Source: Promethearchaeota archaeon
GTDB taxonomy: Archaea; Asgardarchaeota; Heimdallarchaeia; Hodarchaeales; Hodarchaeaceae
Direction of reading: 5' to 3'
DNA: 64,000 nt
Assembly: GCA_048938105.1 (NCBI GenBank)
Contig: JBHLMN010000005.1
Location: forward strand, 119,318-183,317
Of the stretch, positions 29,179 through 39,156 are shown piece after piece. The notes below the pieces were generated by a model. That model was not told where the DNA came from. It worked only from the letters and a program-made list of their open reading frames with translations, and searched no databases. The position numbers were made by a program, and so were the translations under genes. Numbering within the stretch: position 1 is the first letter of the stretch; every line of letters starts with the position of its first letter.

Positions 29179-30144
29179 TTACCTAAATCTTCTTCTAATC
29201 AAGAATATTATTATTAATGATGAAAGATAGAATAATAGCGGGACTTCCTGAGTCGTTTCAGTTTGGGTTTCTTGAGTTGTTTTGTTTAATATTTTTGTCG
29301 TCGTTTGAGAAAAGAGATCACTAATTAAAATGGGATTTTCATTCCCTTTAGCCAATTCCTTATCTAGATTTAGCTTAACCACTTTCTTAAAATTAAAATT
29401 CTGATAAATATAAATGTCACGAGTTATGAGATCAAAAATATTGCTATATTTTGTCGCGTATGTTCCTTCTTGATGAGTTGCATTAAGGATATCACGGATA
29501 GCTTCCACAGTAAGATTATCTTCTTGAGCAATGTCACTTAACATATCAAAGGCTATTGTATAACGCCAACAAGGTATCCAACCATTCTTTGGATATCCAA
29601 CATTGAAATTCGTTGAAAGAAGAAATCCATCTCCAACGTTCTTTCGTGTGAAATTAAGTTCACCATCTGTCCCCGCGCTAATGACTATAGCGTCTCCAAA
29701 CATATCAGCAAATTGGACTTGATATGCGATTGAAGTTCCCCAGTTAAATTCTTGAGCAACCTGAATAACCTGGGAGATGTTTGCGCATAATTCAAGAATA
29801 TGTTTAACGATCCATTTTTGAGAGTATGGGAGTTCAGGATGATTATTTAGTGTCATTTTAGGTAAAGCATTTGCGTCAAAACAAAGACCATACTCATTCA
29901 TTCCCCCCTGTGGGAAAAAGTCATCAAAACCAAGATAAACTCCCCCGAATTTTTCTTCATTAGATAATTCAAACCAAATATATGTATTAGGGTTGGTCCA
30001 ATCCTCATTGTTCCCAAATAGAACCTTTTCTCCACTAGAAACAGTACAAATTGTACAGGCTGATCCTGATCTGATAAAACAAGTGAAAATAAAAATAAGC
30101 GTTAGAGAGAAAGTGAAAGAGAATATTATTTTATGTGATTCCAT
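29179..30144 (-). CDS. Secreted, C-terminally anchored Ntn-hydrolase (linear amide C-N hydrolase/C45-like)
   Basis: Signal peptide then CT (N-terminal Cys nucleophile), GNNED, GGMNEYGL, STNF, Thr linker + TM + RRRFR. Confidence 0.82.
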   Translation of the reverse strand: MESHKIIFSFTFSLTLIFIFTCFIRSGSACTICTVSSGEKVLFGNNEDWTNPNTYIWFELSNEEKFGGVYLGFDDFFPQGGMNEYGLCFDANALPKMTLNNHPELPYSQKWIVKHILELCANISQVIQVAQEFNWGTSIAYQVQFADMFGDAIVISAGTDGELNFTRKNVGDGFLLSTNFNVGYPKNGWIPCWRYTIAFDMLSDIAQEDNLTVEAIRDILNATHQEGTYATKYSNIFDLITRDIYIYQNFNFKKVVKLNLDKELAKGNENPILISDLFSQTTTKILNKTTQETQTETTQEVPLLFYLSSLIIIFLIRRRFR

Positions 30145-30446
30145 ATGAAATCTAATTCACGAAAATCATTTTTATTTAGCTAATGATTAGTGCAATAATT
30201 ACAGCATCTGTCTTCGGATTTCTGAATCTCTAATTAAATAAGGTTCATTTTAAGTTATTATACATGTTCACAAGATAGGAATCAATTGTATATATGAAAA
30301 AAAAAGCCATAGATTCTATTTTGATGATTATAAGTTATATTTTGTCAATGAATGGCTTATCAATGACCAATTCATTTGATTACTTATTTAAACTACTACT
30401 TTTGCATTTTAAAAAAAGATCCTACATAAATAGAGGTGTAAAGAAT

Positions 30447-32933
30447 ATGCAAACTAAAAGCTATAAAATATTAAGACTTCCATGTCTGATAATCCTTGTG
30501 ATGACTATTTCCTTTATTTCACCTGCATCAGCAGGAGAAATACCAGTTATTGAGACAAAAGTGGAAAGAACCACATTTATACCAGCTGGTTCAGAAGGAG
30601 GTTTTCTTTATTATGTAAATCCTCCAGGAACTGATTTTACTGATTCCCCAATTCTTTATCAAGGTTATTCAGGAGTACAAAATGCAGAATATACCTATTT
30701 CTTAAACTATCAAGAATTTTATACAGGAAAATCAAATTTAGAGAGAGATCAAGGCGTATCTGATGGTCTCTTGAGTGATACAATACGTTATGGCGATCAT
30801 CCTTTATTTGATCCTGAACTATATCCTTGCGCGGTAAGAATTCCTTCGATTTTTGATCCCATTTTTGAATACACTCAAAGGAGAGCAATTAATCTCCATA
30901 TGGATCATTCATATACCTTTATGGTAGAAGCATATGTTGAATACTTTGGGTTCCTTAATACCAGCGAAGCATTCTTTCTAGATATTGATATCTTTGATTG
31001 TAACGCATATGGATCTATTATTTTTCCTGATGCTTTTCCAACACAGGGTTATTCAATAGGTTATATTGAGAAACAAATGACTTATCCATTTTTTCCAAGA
31101 GGAAATTCATCAAAGCCATTAAATTTCACCTTTATGCTTGATCAAGGTTCATTAGTAACTTTGACTCCACATCCATGGGAATTTCCCGAATATATGCCAG
31201 AAATTAAAGTAAACACCTCATATTCAGGGGAAATTGATCAGGGGACTCGTGTGATTATCGAAGACAATGAAATGATTTACCCTGAAAATGAGCTTTTTAG
31301 CATCAGGATGTTTAATCTTACACTAGAAGCAGATCAATACTATGAATTATTTATTGATTTTAGAATGCTTGAATACTCTGGTTGTACTAGTAACCAACCA
31401 TATGTTTTCCTTATCGCGGAATATATAGATGTAATTCCATATACTTATCTTAATCAAAATGGTTACCGTATCCACGCTAATCAGGATGAGAGTGTATTTC
31501 TGGTATTTTTTACTCAAGGGTGGTCAGTTGGGGAATATGTAGTCTATTATCAAAATTATAAACAGATAGAGGAGCTCACAAATACTGTTCCACTAACCTT
31601 TAACAAAAATATCAAAGTAAATTTTGACATATACTATTCTTTTACACTAGATACTCCCCATATGATTGCAGTTAACTACTCATATTATCATGATTTCAAT
31701 CTTTACATTCCTGGAGCTCACCCTGATGAATGGATTCAAGTAGGAACCTCTTCTTTTTTTGATCCTGAATATGGTAATCTTTTTGGATCCATTGGGGAAA
31801 TTGGGAATAATTGGCGTTATTTTCCTGCAGGAACTTATGCAATCAGATTTACCTATTATTGGTCAAGTGGAGAAATTCGTTTTACTAAAGTCCCTGTCCA
31901 ATCTCCTGGAACTGTTTCTGTTACAAAGGATAGTATCTTCGCTTTTGAGCTTTCTCTTAAAAATAATAAAATTAATTTTGTCAATATCTCAACTGATGAC
32001 CATATTATCCCCTATCAAAGAGTTCAATACGAATATAGTTGGATTGGAAAGTACAATGAAATGATAAAGAATGTATACTACCCAGGAAACACTTGGATTG
32101 GTAACCGTAATGATACAGGACAATGGTTACAATGGGGATCTAATAATACCCTTTTAGAAGCTTTTCTGCCTACTCGAAATTATGAAATTCCAATCTTGAT
32201 GATTAGGCCTTTTAGCGCAGAAAATAGTGCTTTTCAGTTTCCTGAACCATTTGCCGCAACATTAACAGTTAGCAATAATGAAGCACCAATACAGCATTAT
32301 TCATCGTTTTTTTGGAATTATATTGGTGGAGGTTACTTTATTCCAAAAAATGGAATTTCAAGAAGAACATTCTTTGAAGTTAATGATGATACTGTAGCAA
32401 ATACAGATCATCTCTATGGAATTCCATTATATCTAGAACGGAATAGAATCTATAATATTACTGCATATCTCCATGGCAATTATACCACAGGATCCTCACC
32501 TTGGAATGCCACGCTTGATGGGGTGAGCGTACTTGGTGGTAATCTTAACAATTTGGCTATCTTTGGTACAATGAGTTCTGGTTGGGATGAAACTAGTTAT
32601 TGGAATACAATGCTAATTTTGACGGTAGTTAGTACGGTTTATCTTTACGTTGATGTTACACGGACATTCAATGGTACAAATTATAGAAATGCGACGCTTG
32701 AGATTTATTTTAAAGAAATTACAGCTAATTACTTAGATTTCGTTTTGCCTCCATTTGAGTACAATGCAACACCACACACAAAAGAAGTGGTTAATGACGA
32801 CTTACTCGCCTCTGAACTTACAGCCTCAGAGATGAAAAAACCAAGTGGAGTTCCAGGTTTTGAGTTCATTCTGGTTTTAGGAACTCTTGTTATCGTTGTT
32901 GGGCGAATATCTCATTATAGAAGGAAGAGATGA
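30447..32933 (+). CDS. Large beta-rich cell-surface protein with PGF-CTERM-like anchor
   Basis: ATG 30447 after GAGGTG SD, signal peptide (ISPASA), many NxS/T sequons, VPGF+TM+RRKR tail. Confidence 0.8.
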   Translation: MQTKSYKILRLPCLIILVMTISFISPASAGEIPVIETKVERTTFIPAGSEGGFLYYVNPPGTDFTDSPILYQGYSGVQNAEYTYFLNYQEFYTGKSNLERDQGVSDGLLSDTIRYGDHPLFDPELYPCAVRIPSIFDPIFEYTQRRAINLHMDHSYTFMVEAYVEYFGFLNTSEAFFLDIDIFDCNAYGSIIFPDAFPTQGYSIGYIEKQMTYPFFPRGNSSKPLNFTFMLDQGSLVTLTPHPWEFPEYMPEIKVNTSYSGEIDQGTRVIIEDNEMIYPENELFSIRMFNLTLEADQYYELFIDFRMLEYSGCTSNQPYVFLIAEYIDVIPYTYLNQNGYRIHANQDESVFLVFFTQGWSVGEYVVYYQNYKQIEELTNTVPLTFNKNIKVNFDIYYSFTLDTPHMIAVNYSYYHDFNLYIPGAHPDEWIQVGTSSFFDPEYGNLFGSIGEIGNNWRYFPAGTYAIRFTYYWSSGEIRFTKVPVQSPGTVSVTKDSIFAFELSLKNNKINFVNISTDDHIIPYQRVQYEYSWIGKYNEMIKNVYYPGNTWIGNRNDTGQWLQWGSNNTLLEAFLPTRNYEIPILMIRPFSAENSAFQFPEPFAATLTVSNNEAPIQHYSSFFWNYIGGGYFIPKNGISRRTFFEVNDDTVANTDHLYGIPLYLERNRIYNITAYLHGNYTTGSSPWNATLDGVSVLGGNLNNLAIFGTMSSGWDETSYWNTMLILTVVSTVYLYVDVTRTFNGTNYRNATLEIYFKEITANYLDFVLPPFEYNATPHTKEVVNDDLLASELTASEMKKPSGVPGFEFILVLGTLVIVVGRISHYRRKR

Positions 32934-32983
32934 GTAATCATCACCTACTTCCTCTTCTTTTTTACTATTTCTTCTTTTGAGAT

Positions 32984-33463
32984 TCATGAAATAAGGATGG
33001 CTCCAATTTCTTTTCCTATCTCTCGAAATACTACTTTAACTTCAGATTCGAGTGGGCCTTCTCTTCCATAGACAATAGCCGATTGCCGAGGCCTAATGAT
33101 TTTAATCTTCATGCTTTTCATTTTGCCTTCGATTCTTCTTGCAGCACTGTTTTCCAAAATTAACCATCGTTTTTTGTTCATTCGAGAATGATTTCTGGTG
33201 TCAAAGCTAAATCCCTTCATCCCCCGTAGATTAACGGATTTTAGGTTCTTTAAAAAGGCTTTCATTGCCTTAGATAATCCTATCATATGGGTTGGCCCAC
33301 CAATTGCTAGAAAATCATAGTTTGGTATTTGATTAATGTTAACCTCATCAATCCCCATATAGACTGTTTCAATACCAGTTTCTTCAATTCCTTTAGCCAA
33401 ACTAAGAGCAACATCTTTTGTATTCCCAAAGAGAGAATGATATAATACTAACGCACGTACCAT
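32984..33463 (-). CDS. Flavodoxin family protein
   Basis: YHSLFGNTKDVA, IGGPTH, FDTR, EGPL. Confidence 0.9.
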   Translation of the reverse strand: MVRALVLYHSLFGNTKDVALSLAKGIEETGIETVYMGIDEVNINQIPNYDFLAIGGPTHMIGLSKAMKAFLKNLKSVNLRGMKGFSFDTRNHSRMNKKRWLILENSAARRIEGKMKSMKIKIIRPRQSAIVYGREGPLESEVKVVFREIGKEIGAILIS

Positions 33464-33483
33464 TAACTTCACCAAGTTCTGAT

Positions 33484-34158
33484 TCAAGTAACAAGATTTT
33501 GAGCATCCAATTTTCCCAATATTTGGGTATTCGTTCTCTTATTCCGAAAATCCTGAAAAATTACTATTAAAAGTGAGCCAAATGTTAAGGTAGGAAATAC
33601 ACTTAGCCAAAATAAGCTCCAAATTTTCACATGGAAAGGTAATCCAATCAATATTCCAAATAATGTCACCCATTGAAGCCAATACAGAAAAATCTCTTTC
33701 TGATCTCTTCTAGGGTACAATGGCCAGTCTATAAGCCAAAAACTATATTCAATTGTCCATAAAAGGCCTAGGATCAATATAAAGATCATACAATTGATCG
33801 ATTGTTGTACGACTAATAGCACATGTGTTAAAGTAAGGCTTATCACGATTGTATAAATTCCACTATGGAACATCAGACCTGGAGTATAATATCTAGTAAA
33901 TATGCTCGAAATTTTATGTATTCGTAATCCAACTCTATTAGCAACTAAGTAGAAGTAATTGACCAAAATTGGAATCTCAGAAAGAATAAATAGTAAGAAA
34001 ATAATACGTCCTAACTCGGTTCCTTCAAAAGAATCAAATAGAGAAAGGATATATCCACTCACTAAAGAACAAATTAGTAGAATTACTAAACCTATGAGAA
34101 TACTATTCTTTATAGAATCATTTACTTTGATATAAGCTGAATCGCTTGTATTGTACAT
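33484..34158 (-). CDS. Multi-pass membrane protein of unknown function
   Basis: About six hydrophobic segments; lies in an operon between TetR and flavodoxin. Start uncertain. Confidence 0.75.
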   Translation of the reverse strand: MYNTSDSAYIKVNDSIKNSILIGLVILLICSLVSGYILSLFDSFEGTELGRIIFLLFILSEIPILVNYFYLVANRVGLRIHKISSIFTRYYTPGLMFHSGIYTIVISLTLTHVLLVVQQSINCMIFILILGLLWTIEYSFWLIDWPLYPRRDQKEIFLYWLQWVTLFGILIGLPFHVKIWSLFWLSVFPTLTFGSLLIVIFQDFRNKRTNTQILGKLDAQNLVT

Positions 34159-34197
34159 TTTGACACATCTTCTTTTTTTCCTGAAATAGTACAATAC

Positions 34198-34881
34198 CTA
34201 ATCATCATAATGTCTCAATCCTTTGTCTATAATATTAAATAAAACTGTCAAATATTCTCGAGATTTATCTTTGGACGGACTCCTCTTTCCACGAATCACC
34301 AATTCGTTGATTGCTGATCCAAGAGTGCTTAGAACCATCACAACCGAGAATGGATCTATCTCAGTCTGAACTCCTGAACTGCTTATGGTTTCTGTGATAA
34401 CATTAATCATGAGCTTTTCAATCCTTAATTGGAGATCTCGAAATTCTTTTTCGCTTTCAGTCAAGGGTTGATTTGTTTCTTCTTTTGTGATCATTTTTCC
34501 AATGACTAAATTCAATCTACCTGATTCAAAGAGGCTTGCATGAGCAGGATACTCTTCAACAAAGGTCAGATAAGCATTCCCTAGAGTGAGTAGTTCATAT
34601 TTCACGTCTTGAGCATGTAATGTATTTTCCATGATCTGAAACATTTTTTCAAAAGCCTTAGCTACCACTGCAATAAAAAGATCATCTTTGGAATCAAAAT
34701 AATTGTAGATCGTTGCTTTACTGTATCCTGATTTTAGTGCAATCTGATCAACCATCGTTTGGTCATATCCTTGATTTATGAAGAACCATTCAGCAGTTTT
34801 AATAATATCTTCCCGACGTTGTTTACGTTCTCGTTCCATTCTCCGCTTTCTAGGAGAATTTAGTTTCTCATTATCGTTCAT
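34198..34881 (-). CDS. TetR/AcrR family regulator
   Basis: GYDQTMVDQIA..GYSKATIYNYFDSKDDL. Confidence 0.95.
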   Translation of the reverse strand: MNDNEKLNSPRKRRMERERKQRREDIIKTAEWFFINQGYDQTMVDQIALKSGYSKATIYNYFDSKDDLFIAVVAKAFEKMFQIMENTLHAQDVKYELLTLGNAYLTFVEEYPAHASLFESGRLNLVIGKMITKEETNQPLTESEKEFRDLQLRIEKLMINVITETISSSGVQTEIDPFSVVMVLSTLGSAINELVIRGKRSPSKDKSREYLTVLFNIIDKGLRHYDD

Positions 34882-34927
34882 AAGCCTTCTCTAACAGATG
34901 AATTAAGATGATTTATTAAGATATTGT

Positions 34928-34973
34928 ACTTAAGTCGAATGAATCAACTCAAGTATATCAAGTAGACTCGAGT
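34928..34973. promoter_or_regulatory. Three phased ACTYRAGT palindromes upstream of tetR (putative operator)
   Basis: ACTTAAGT 34928, ACTCAAGT 34947, ACTCGAGT 34966, with exact 19-bp period. Confidence 0.6.
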
Positions 34974-35247
34974 TTAAATATTATATTATTGAGGCAAATG
35001 ATAAAATCGTAAAAGAAAATATCGAATTATGCGAGATCATCCAAAATGCAATCTTTTTTTTTATAATTACTTGTAGATAGAAATCTCATTTCATAATATA
35101 ATCACTCATCACCTGTATCTAAGGATATAAAGTATCAAAATGAATGTTATTTTCCTCATTATGAAAGAAAGGTATAAAACGGGTGAGGCTAACCAAAGAA
35201 AACATAAGCACTTGGAAGTAGGATTAACTAAAGGATGTAGGTGCTAG

Positions 35248-35904
35248 ATGGTTAGGCTCTTTAAAAAATCAAGCCAGAAACAAACAACTACTTTTAAATT
35301 TAATTCCTCTTTACAACTAAAGAATTTGGAATTGGAAGAATATGCTCACGTCATTCACGCTTTCCATAAGGGATTAACAGAATTAGATCACTTTTTAAAG
35401 GAATCCTTATTGGAGAATTATATTTCATTCCACACATTTGATCGAATCTCACATGAACTCAGATTAGTGCACTTTCGACAGTGTAAAATCCCAGATGTGC
35501 CATCTATAAAGACTTTATTTTATTCAAAAGCGGTGGAATTAAAAACAAGTGGACCAGAGATTACTTCTAAGATTAAACAGATTGAACTAAAGGGTCCTCC
35601 TCAGAAAGATATATCAGGCCCACCTCATCCTGTACCTAAACCCTCCCCAATTCCTTCTGCTCCACCTCAAGCACCATCCGCGCTTCCCATGGCTTCCCCC
35701 GCCCCATATCCTCCAGTTTCTTCGGGAGGTTCATCATCCCCTAAAATAGTATTTTCTGACACAGTGACAGAAACACCAATGACCAGTAGTCCACTAGGAC
35801 CTTCAAAATCCCAACGAGAAAGTGATCGAGCAACAGGAATTGCTATTTTGCGGAAACAAATGGTTGAGGAACTCAAGAGAATCCGTACGATCCTCCCAGA
35901 CTGA
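35248..35904 (+). CDS. Hypothetical protein with Pro/Ser-rich linker and C-terminal amphipathic helix
   Basis: 218-aa ORF with AGGTG SD; PPHPVPKPSPIPSAPPQAP; C-terminal TGIAILRKQMVEELKRIR. Confidence 0.8.
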   Translation: MVRLFKKSSQKQTTTFKFNSSLQLKNLELEEYAHVIHAFHKGLTELDHFLKESLLENYISFHTFDRISHELRLVHFRQCKIPDVPSIKTLFYSKAVELKTSGPEITSKIKQIELKGPPQKDISGPPHPVPKPSPIPSAPPQAPSALPMASPAPYPPVSSGGSSSPKIVFSDTVTETPMTSSPLGPSKSQRESDRATGIAILRKQMVEELKRIRTILPD

Positions 35905-35976
35905 AATTTGGGAAACTATGTTATTTAATGTACCTTACATTGTTAATAAAACTGGTTGCTATTTCCCACATTACCA

Positions 35977-36303
35977 TTACGGTACAGTTGTTTTGACTTC
36001 TGATGAAGGCAATTTATTCCTAATAATTTTGAGAACAACACCAGCAGAGGTAGGATCAGGGCAGCGAACGAATTCGGTAGTCTGGCCTTCAGAATCAATT
36101 ACTTTTTCATAAGGTGTCCCCAAATAATCCCAGGGAAGTAAGCCATCATATTCTAACACACGAATCATTGAATTAGCACTATCTAGAAGCCATGAACAGA
36201 TCTTAGCTTTATCATCAGGGTAAGAGAATTTTTGACCGGCCCTATGATATGGACATCCACTTTCAAAAATCTCCAGTTCGAATGAGTACTTTCTTCTTAC
36301 CAT
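35977..36303 (-). CDS. TIGR04076-like small Cys-containing protein
   Basis: CPYHRAGQKF..ICSWL..VRCPDP..VVLKI; GGAGG SD. Confidence 0.75.
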   Translation of the reverse strand: MVRRKYSFELEIFESGCPYHRAGQKFSYPDDKAKICSWLLDSANSMIRVLEYDGLLPWDYLGTPYEKVIDSEGQTTEFVRCPDPTSAGVVLKIIRNKLPSSEVKTTVP

Positions 36304-36460
36304 TTGGTTTATTCCTCCATAAAAGTTGTTTAAATAAAAGTGATTAATTCACTTTTATTAGAGATGTATAAAGGTAATTTTATTAGTAAAGCTCTATTAG
36401 TCAATTATACTAAATCCATGTTTCTGTTTTTCAAAGATAAATTCCATATTTAATAGGAGC

Positions 36461-37051
36461 TTATAGATGTTTAATTATTTGACAGGGATTTCCTACAGCT
36501 ATAACACTATCAGGGATATCTTTAGTAACAACACTTCCAGCACCAATACTGACATGATCACCAATAGTCACTCCTGGACAAACAATGACTCCACCGCCAA
36601 ACCAACAATTCTTCCCAATTTTAATTGGTAATCCTAATTCTAATCCTTTCATACGTGTTTCAGGATCAGGGAGATGTGTAGCGGAAAGAAGTTGACAATG
36701 AGGTCCAAACATAGTATTTGCTCCAATTTCAACGGTGTTAACATCTAAAATAATACAATTATGATTCATGTAGACATATTCACCCATGGAAATATTGTAG
36801 CCATAATCACAGTAGAACGGTGGTTCAATGAAAATATATGAGTCAACTTTACCGAACAATTGCCTAATAACTATCATTCTTTCTTCCAATAATTCCTCTT
36901 CACTGAATTTAAGTTCGGTTATTGAGTTATATTTCCACATCAGCTTCTTAGCCCTAAATCGATCGCTAATTAATTCAGGATCGGCTGAAAAATATAGTTC
37001 ACCTGCTAACATCTTTTTCTTTTCCGTTTTGACATTATTATCGTCATTCAA
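36461..37051 (-). CDS. maa: Sugar (maltose/galactoside) O-acetyltransferase
   Basis: EKKKMLAGELY, IEPPFYCDYGYNI, hexapeptide repeats, GNPC. Confidence 0.92.
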   Translation of the reverse strand: MNDDNNVKTEKKKMLAGELYFSADPELISDRFRAKKLMWKYNSITELKFSEEELLEERMIVIRQLFGKVDSYIFIEPPFYCDYGYNISMGEYVYMNHNCIILDVNTVEIGANTMFGPHCQLLSATHLPDPETRMKGLELGLPIKIGKNCWFGGGVIVCPGVTIGDHVSIGAGSVVTKDIPDSVIAVGNPCQIIKHL

Positions 37052-37371
37052 AATGAATCACCGGTTAAAGCGTTGTCAATAAATATTACTAATTTTTCTT
37101 TTACCTTTCTTTATCATTGTATTCTATAACATAGGAAGAAGAAAATTCTAAGTAGTAAAGATTTCTTTCATCCAATATTCAAGGAAACGAGATTTAAATA
37201 TCACACAGTTTAGCCCTCTAAAAACATAATCGCTATAATATCCAAAACCCTATGTGTTTTAGTTTGTTTTTTATGTGGAGATTAATCTATTTGGTATTTC
37301 AAAAAGATTATATCAAAATAGAAATTCTCCTTTGCACTGTAAAGGAATGATCTAGGGATTGCGTTACCATC

Positions 37372-39144
37372 ATGAGTTTGGATCTAACAAAGATATCAAG
37401 CTATAGAAAGTGGTTTTTATACCATCTCGCTAGGCAAAAAATCTTAGTGCTGTGCACTCTTCTTGGTATTATAATTGTTACATTCTCAAGAGTTATCATT
37501 CCTGTTTTTATTGGATATATTATAGATACTACTCTTATAACCCAAGACCTAACTGATTTAGTACTCTTACTCGCCATTACTCTTACTGTTTATGTTACTC
37601 GGAATGCCATGGATTATCTAACTATGATGATAGGACACTATCTTGGTCTTTCTGCTGAAAAGAATATGCGGCAAGAATTTTTCGACACACTTCAGTATAA
37701 ACCATTGCGGTATCATGACAAAGCACGTACTGGTGACCTTCAAGCTCTAGCAACAAATGATTTGCGTATCATCAATACAATGATCTCTCATGGAGCTTTT
37801 TACCTTTATCCTTTCTTTCAAGTTATTATGGCTGCATTTTTGATGATAGTAACCCTTGATTTCAGACTGGCCTTGGTTTGTACTCCCTTCATGCTTTTCT
37901 ACATTATTTTTATTTTAGACTATCGAAAGAAAATTGCTCCATGGGCTGCTGGTAGGATGGTTACTCATTCAAATGTCGCAGTGGTCTTACAAGACAGTAT
38001 AAGTGGTGCTGCAATTGTACGATCCTTTACTGCAGAAGAACTAGAACGTGAAAAATTCCACAACGCAGTAATTGGATTTCGTGACAATCGGATTGGGGAG
38101 ACGAGAGTTCAAGCGAGATTTTATCCATTGTTGGTGCTTTATCTTGCAATTGGGATGACATTTCTTGCAAGTTGTGTGTTTGTGTTCGAGGGGTCGCTAA
38201 CAATAGGAGCATTGACGGCAGCTAATTTACTATTAATCACCCTGATAGATCCAACTAACATGATCTTTTGGGCCACAAATGACATGATGAGTGGTTTTGC
38301 AGCTTGCTCACGCTTGTATACAAGTTTATCACTAGAAGAGGAGGAACCAAAAGAAAGTAATCTTGTATGGCCAGATACTTTTAAAGGAAGAATTGAGTTC
38401 AAGAATGTAACTTTTGCTTATGGAGATGATGGAGAAGAAAATACACCTATTCTAAAGAATCTATCATTCATTGTTGAACCAAATCAACGAGTAGCACTTG
38501 TAGGTCCAACCGGCTGTGGAAAAACAACTCTAGTGAAATTAATCCTGCGGCTCTATGAACCGCAAGAGGGAATGATCCTACTAGATGGAATAAATATTCG
38601 AAATTATCCTCTTGATGAATTGAGACGGCATATCGGGTATATTGAGCAAGATATCTATCTTTTTTCCCGAACAATAAGCGATAATATCGCGTTTGGGAGA
38701 CCAAATGCATCACATGAGGCAATAATGGATGCAGCGAAGCTTGCTCAAGTTGAAGAGTTCGTGCTAGAGTTTCCAGAAGAATACAACACCGTTGTTGGGG
38801 AGAGGGGAACTCGACTTTCAGGTGGAGAGAAACAGCGTGTTGCCATCGCCCGTGCGTTCTTAACCAATCCCGAAATCCTCATTCTGGATGATTCCGTTTC
38901 ATCAGTCGATAGTGAGACGGAGGAGAAGATCACACGTGCAATGGAGAATATTATCAAGAATAGAACAACATTAGTCATTACTCATAGATTACACACAATC
39001 AGGACTTCTGACAAAATAATCGTACTTAAACGCGGGAAAAATGTAGCTGAGGGTACTCACAATGAATTATTACAAAATTCGGAAGATTACAGACGAATTT
39101 TTGGAAAGCATCTGGTCTTGCCAGAATTACTAGTAAGAAGCTAG
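37372..39144 (+). CDS. ABC exporter, fused TMD-NBD (heterodimer subunit 1, degenerate Walker B DD)
   Basis: TM domain, GPTGCGKT, LSGGEKQR, ILDDS, ITHR. Confidence 0.95.
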   Translation: MSLDLTKISSYRKWFLYHLARQKILVLCTLLGIIIVTFSRVIIPVFIGYIIDTTLITQDLTDLVLLLAITLTVYVTRNAMDYLTMMIGHYLGLSAEKNMRQEFFDTLQYKPLRYHDKARTGDLQALATNDLRIINTMISHGAFYLYPFFQVIMAAFLMIVTLDFRLALVCTPFMLFYIIFILDYRKKIAPWAAGRMVTHSNVAVVLQDSISGAAIVRSFTAEELEREKFHNAVIGFRDNRIGETRVQARFYPLLVLYLAIGMTFLASCVFVFEGSLTIGALTAANLLLITLIDPTNMIFWATNDMMSGFAACSRLYTSLSLEEEEPKESNLVWPDTFKGRIEFKNVTFAYGDDGEENTPILKNLSFIVEPNQRVALVGPTGCGKTTLVKLILRLYEPQEGMILLDGINIRNYPLDELRRHIGYIEQDIYLFSRTISDNIAFGRPNASHEAIMDAAKLAQVEEFVLEFPEEYNTVVGERGTRLSGGEKQRVAIARAFLTNPEILILDDSVSSVDSETEEKITRAMENIIKNRTTLVITHRLHTIRTSDKIIVLKRGKNVAEGTHNELLQNSEDYRRIFGKHLVLPELLVRS

Positions 39145-39156
39145 TGTGGGATCAAT

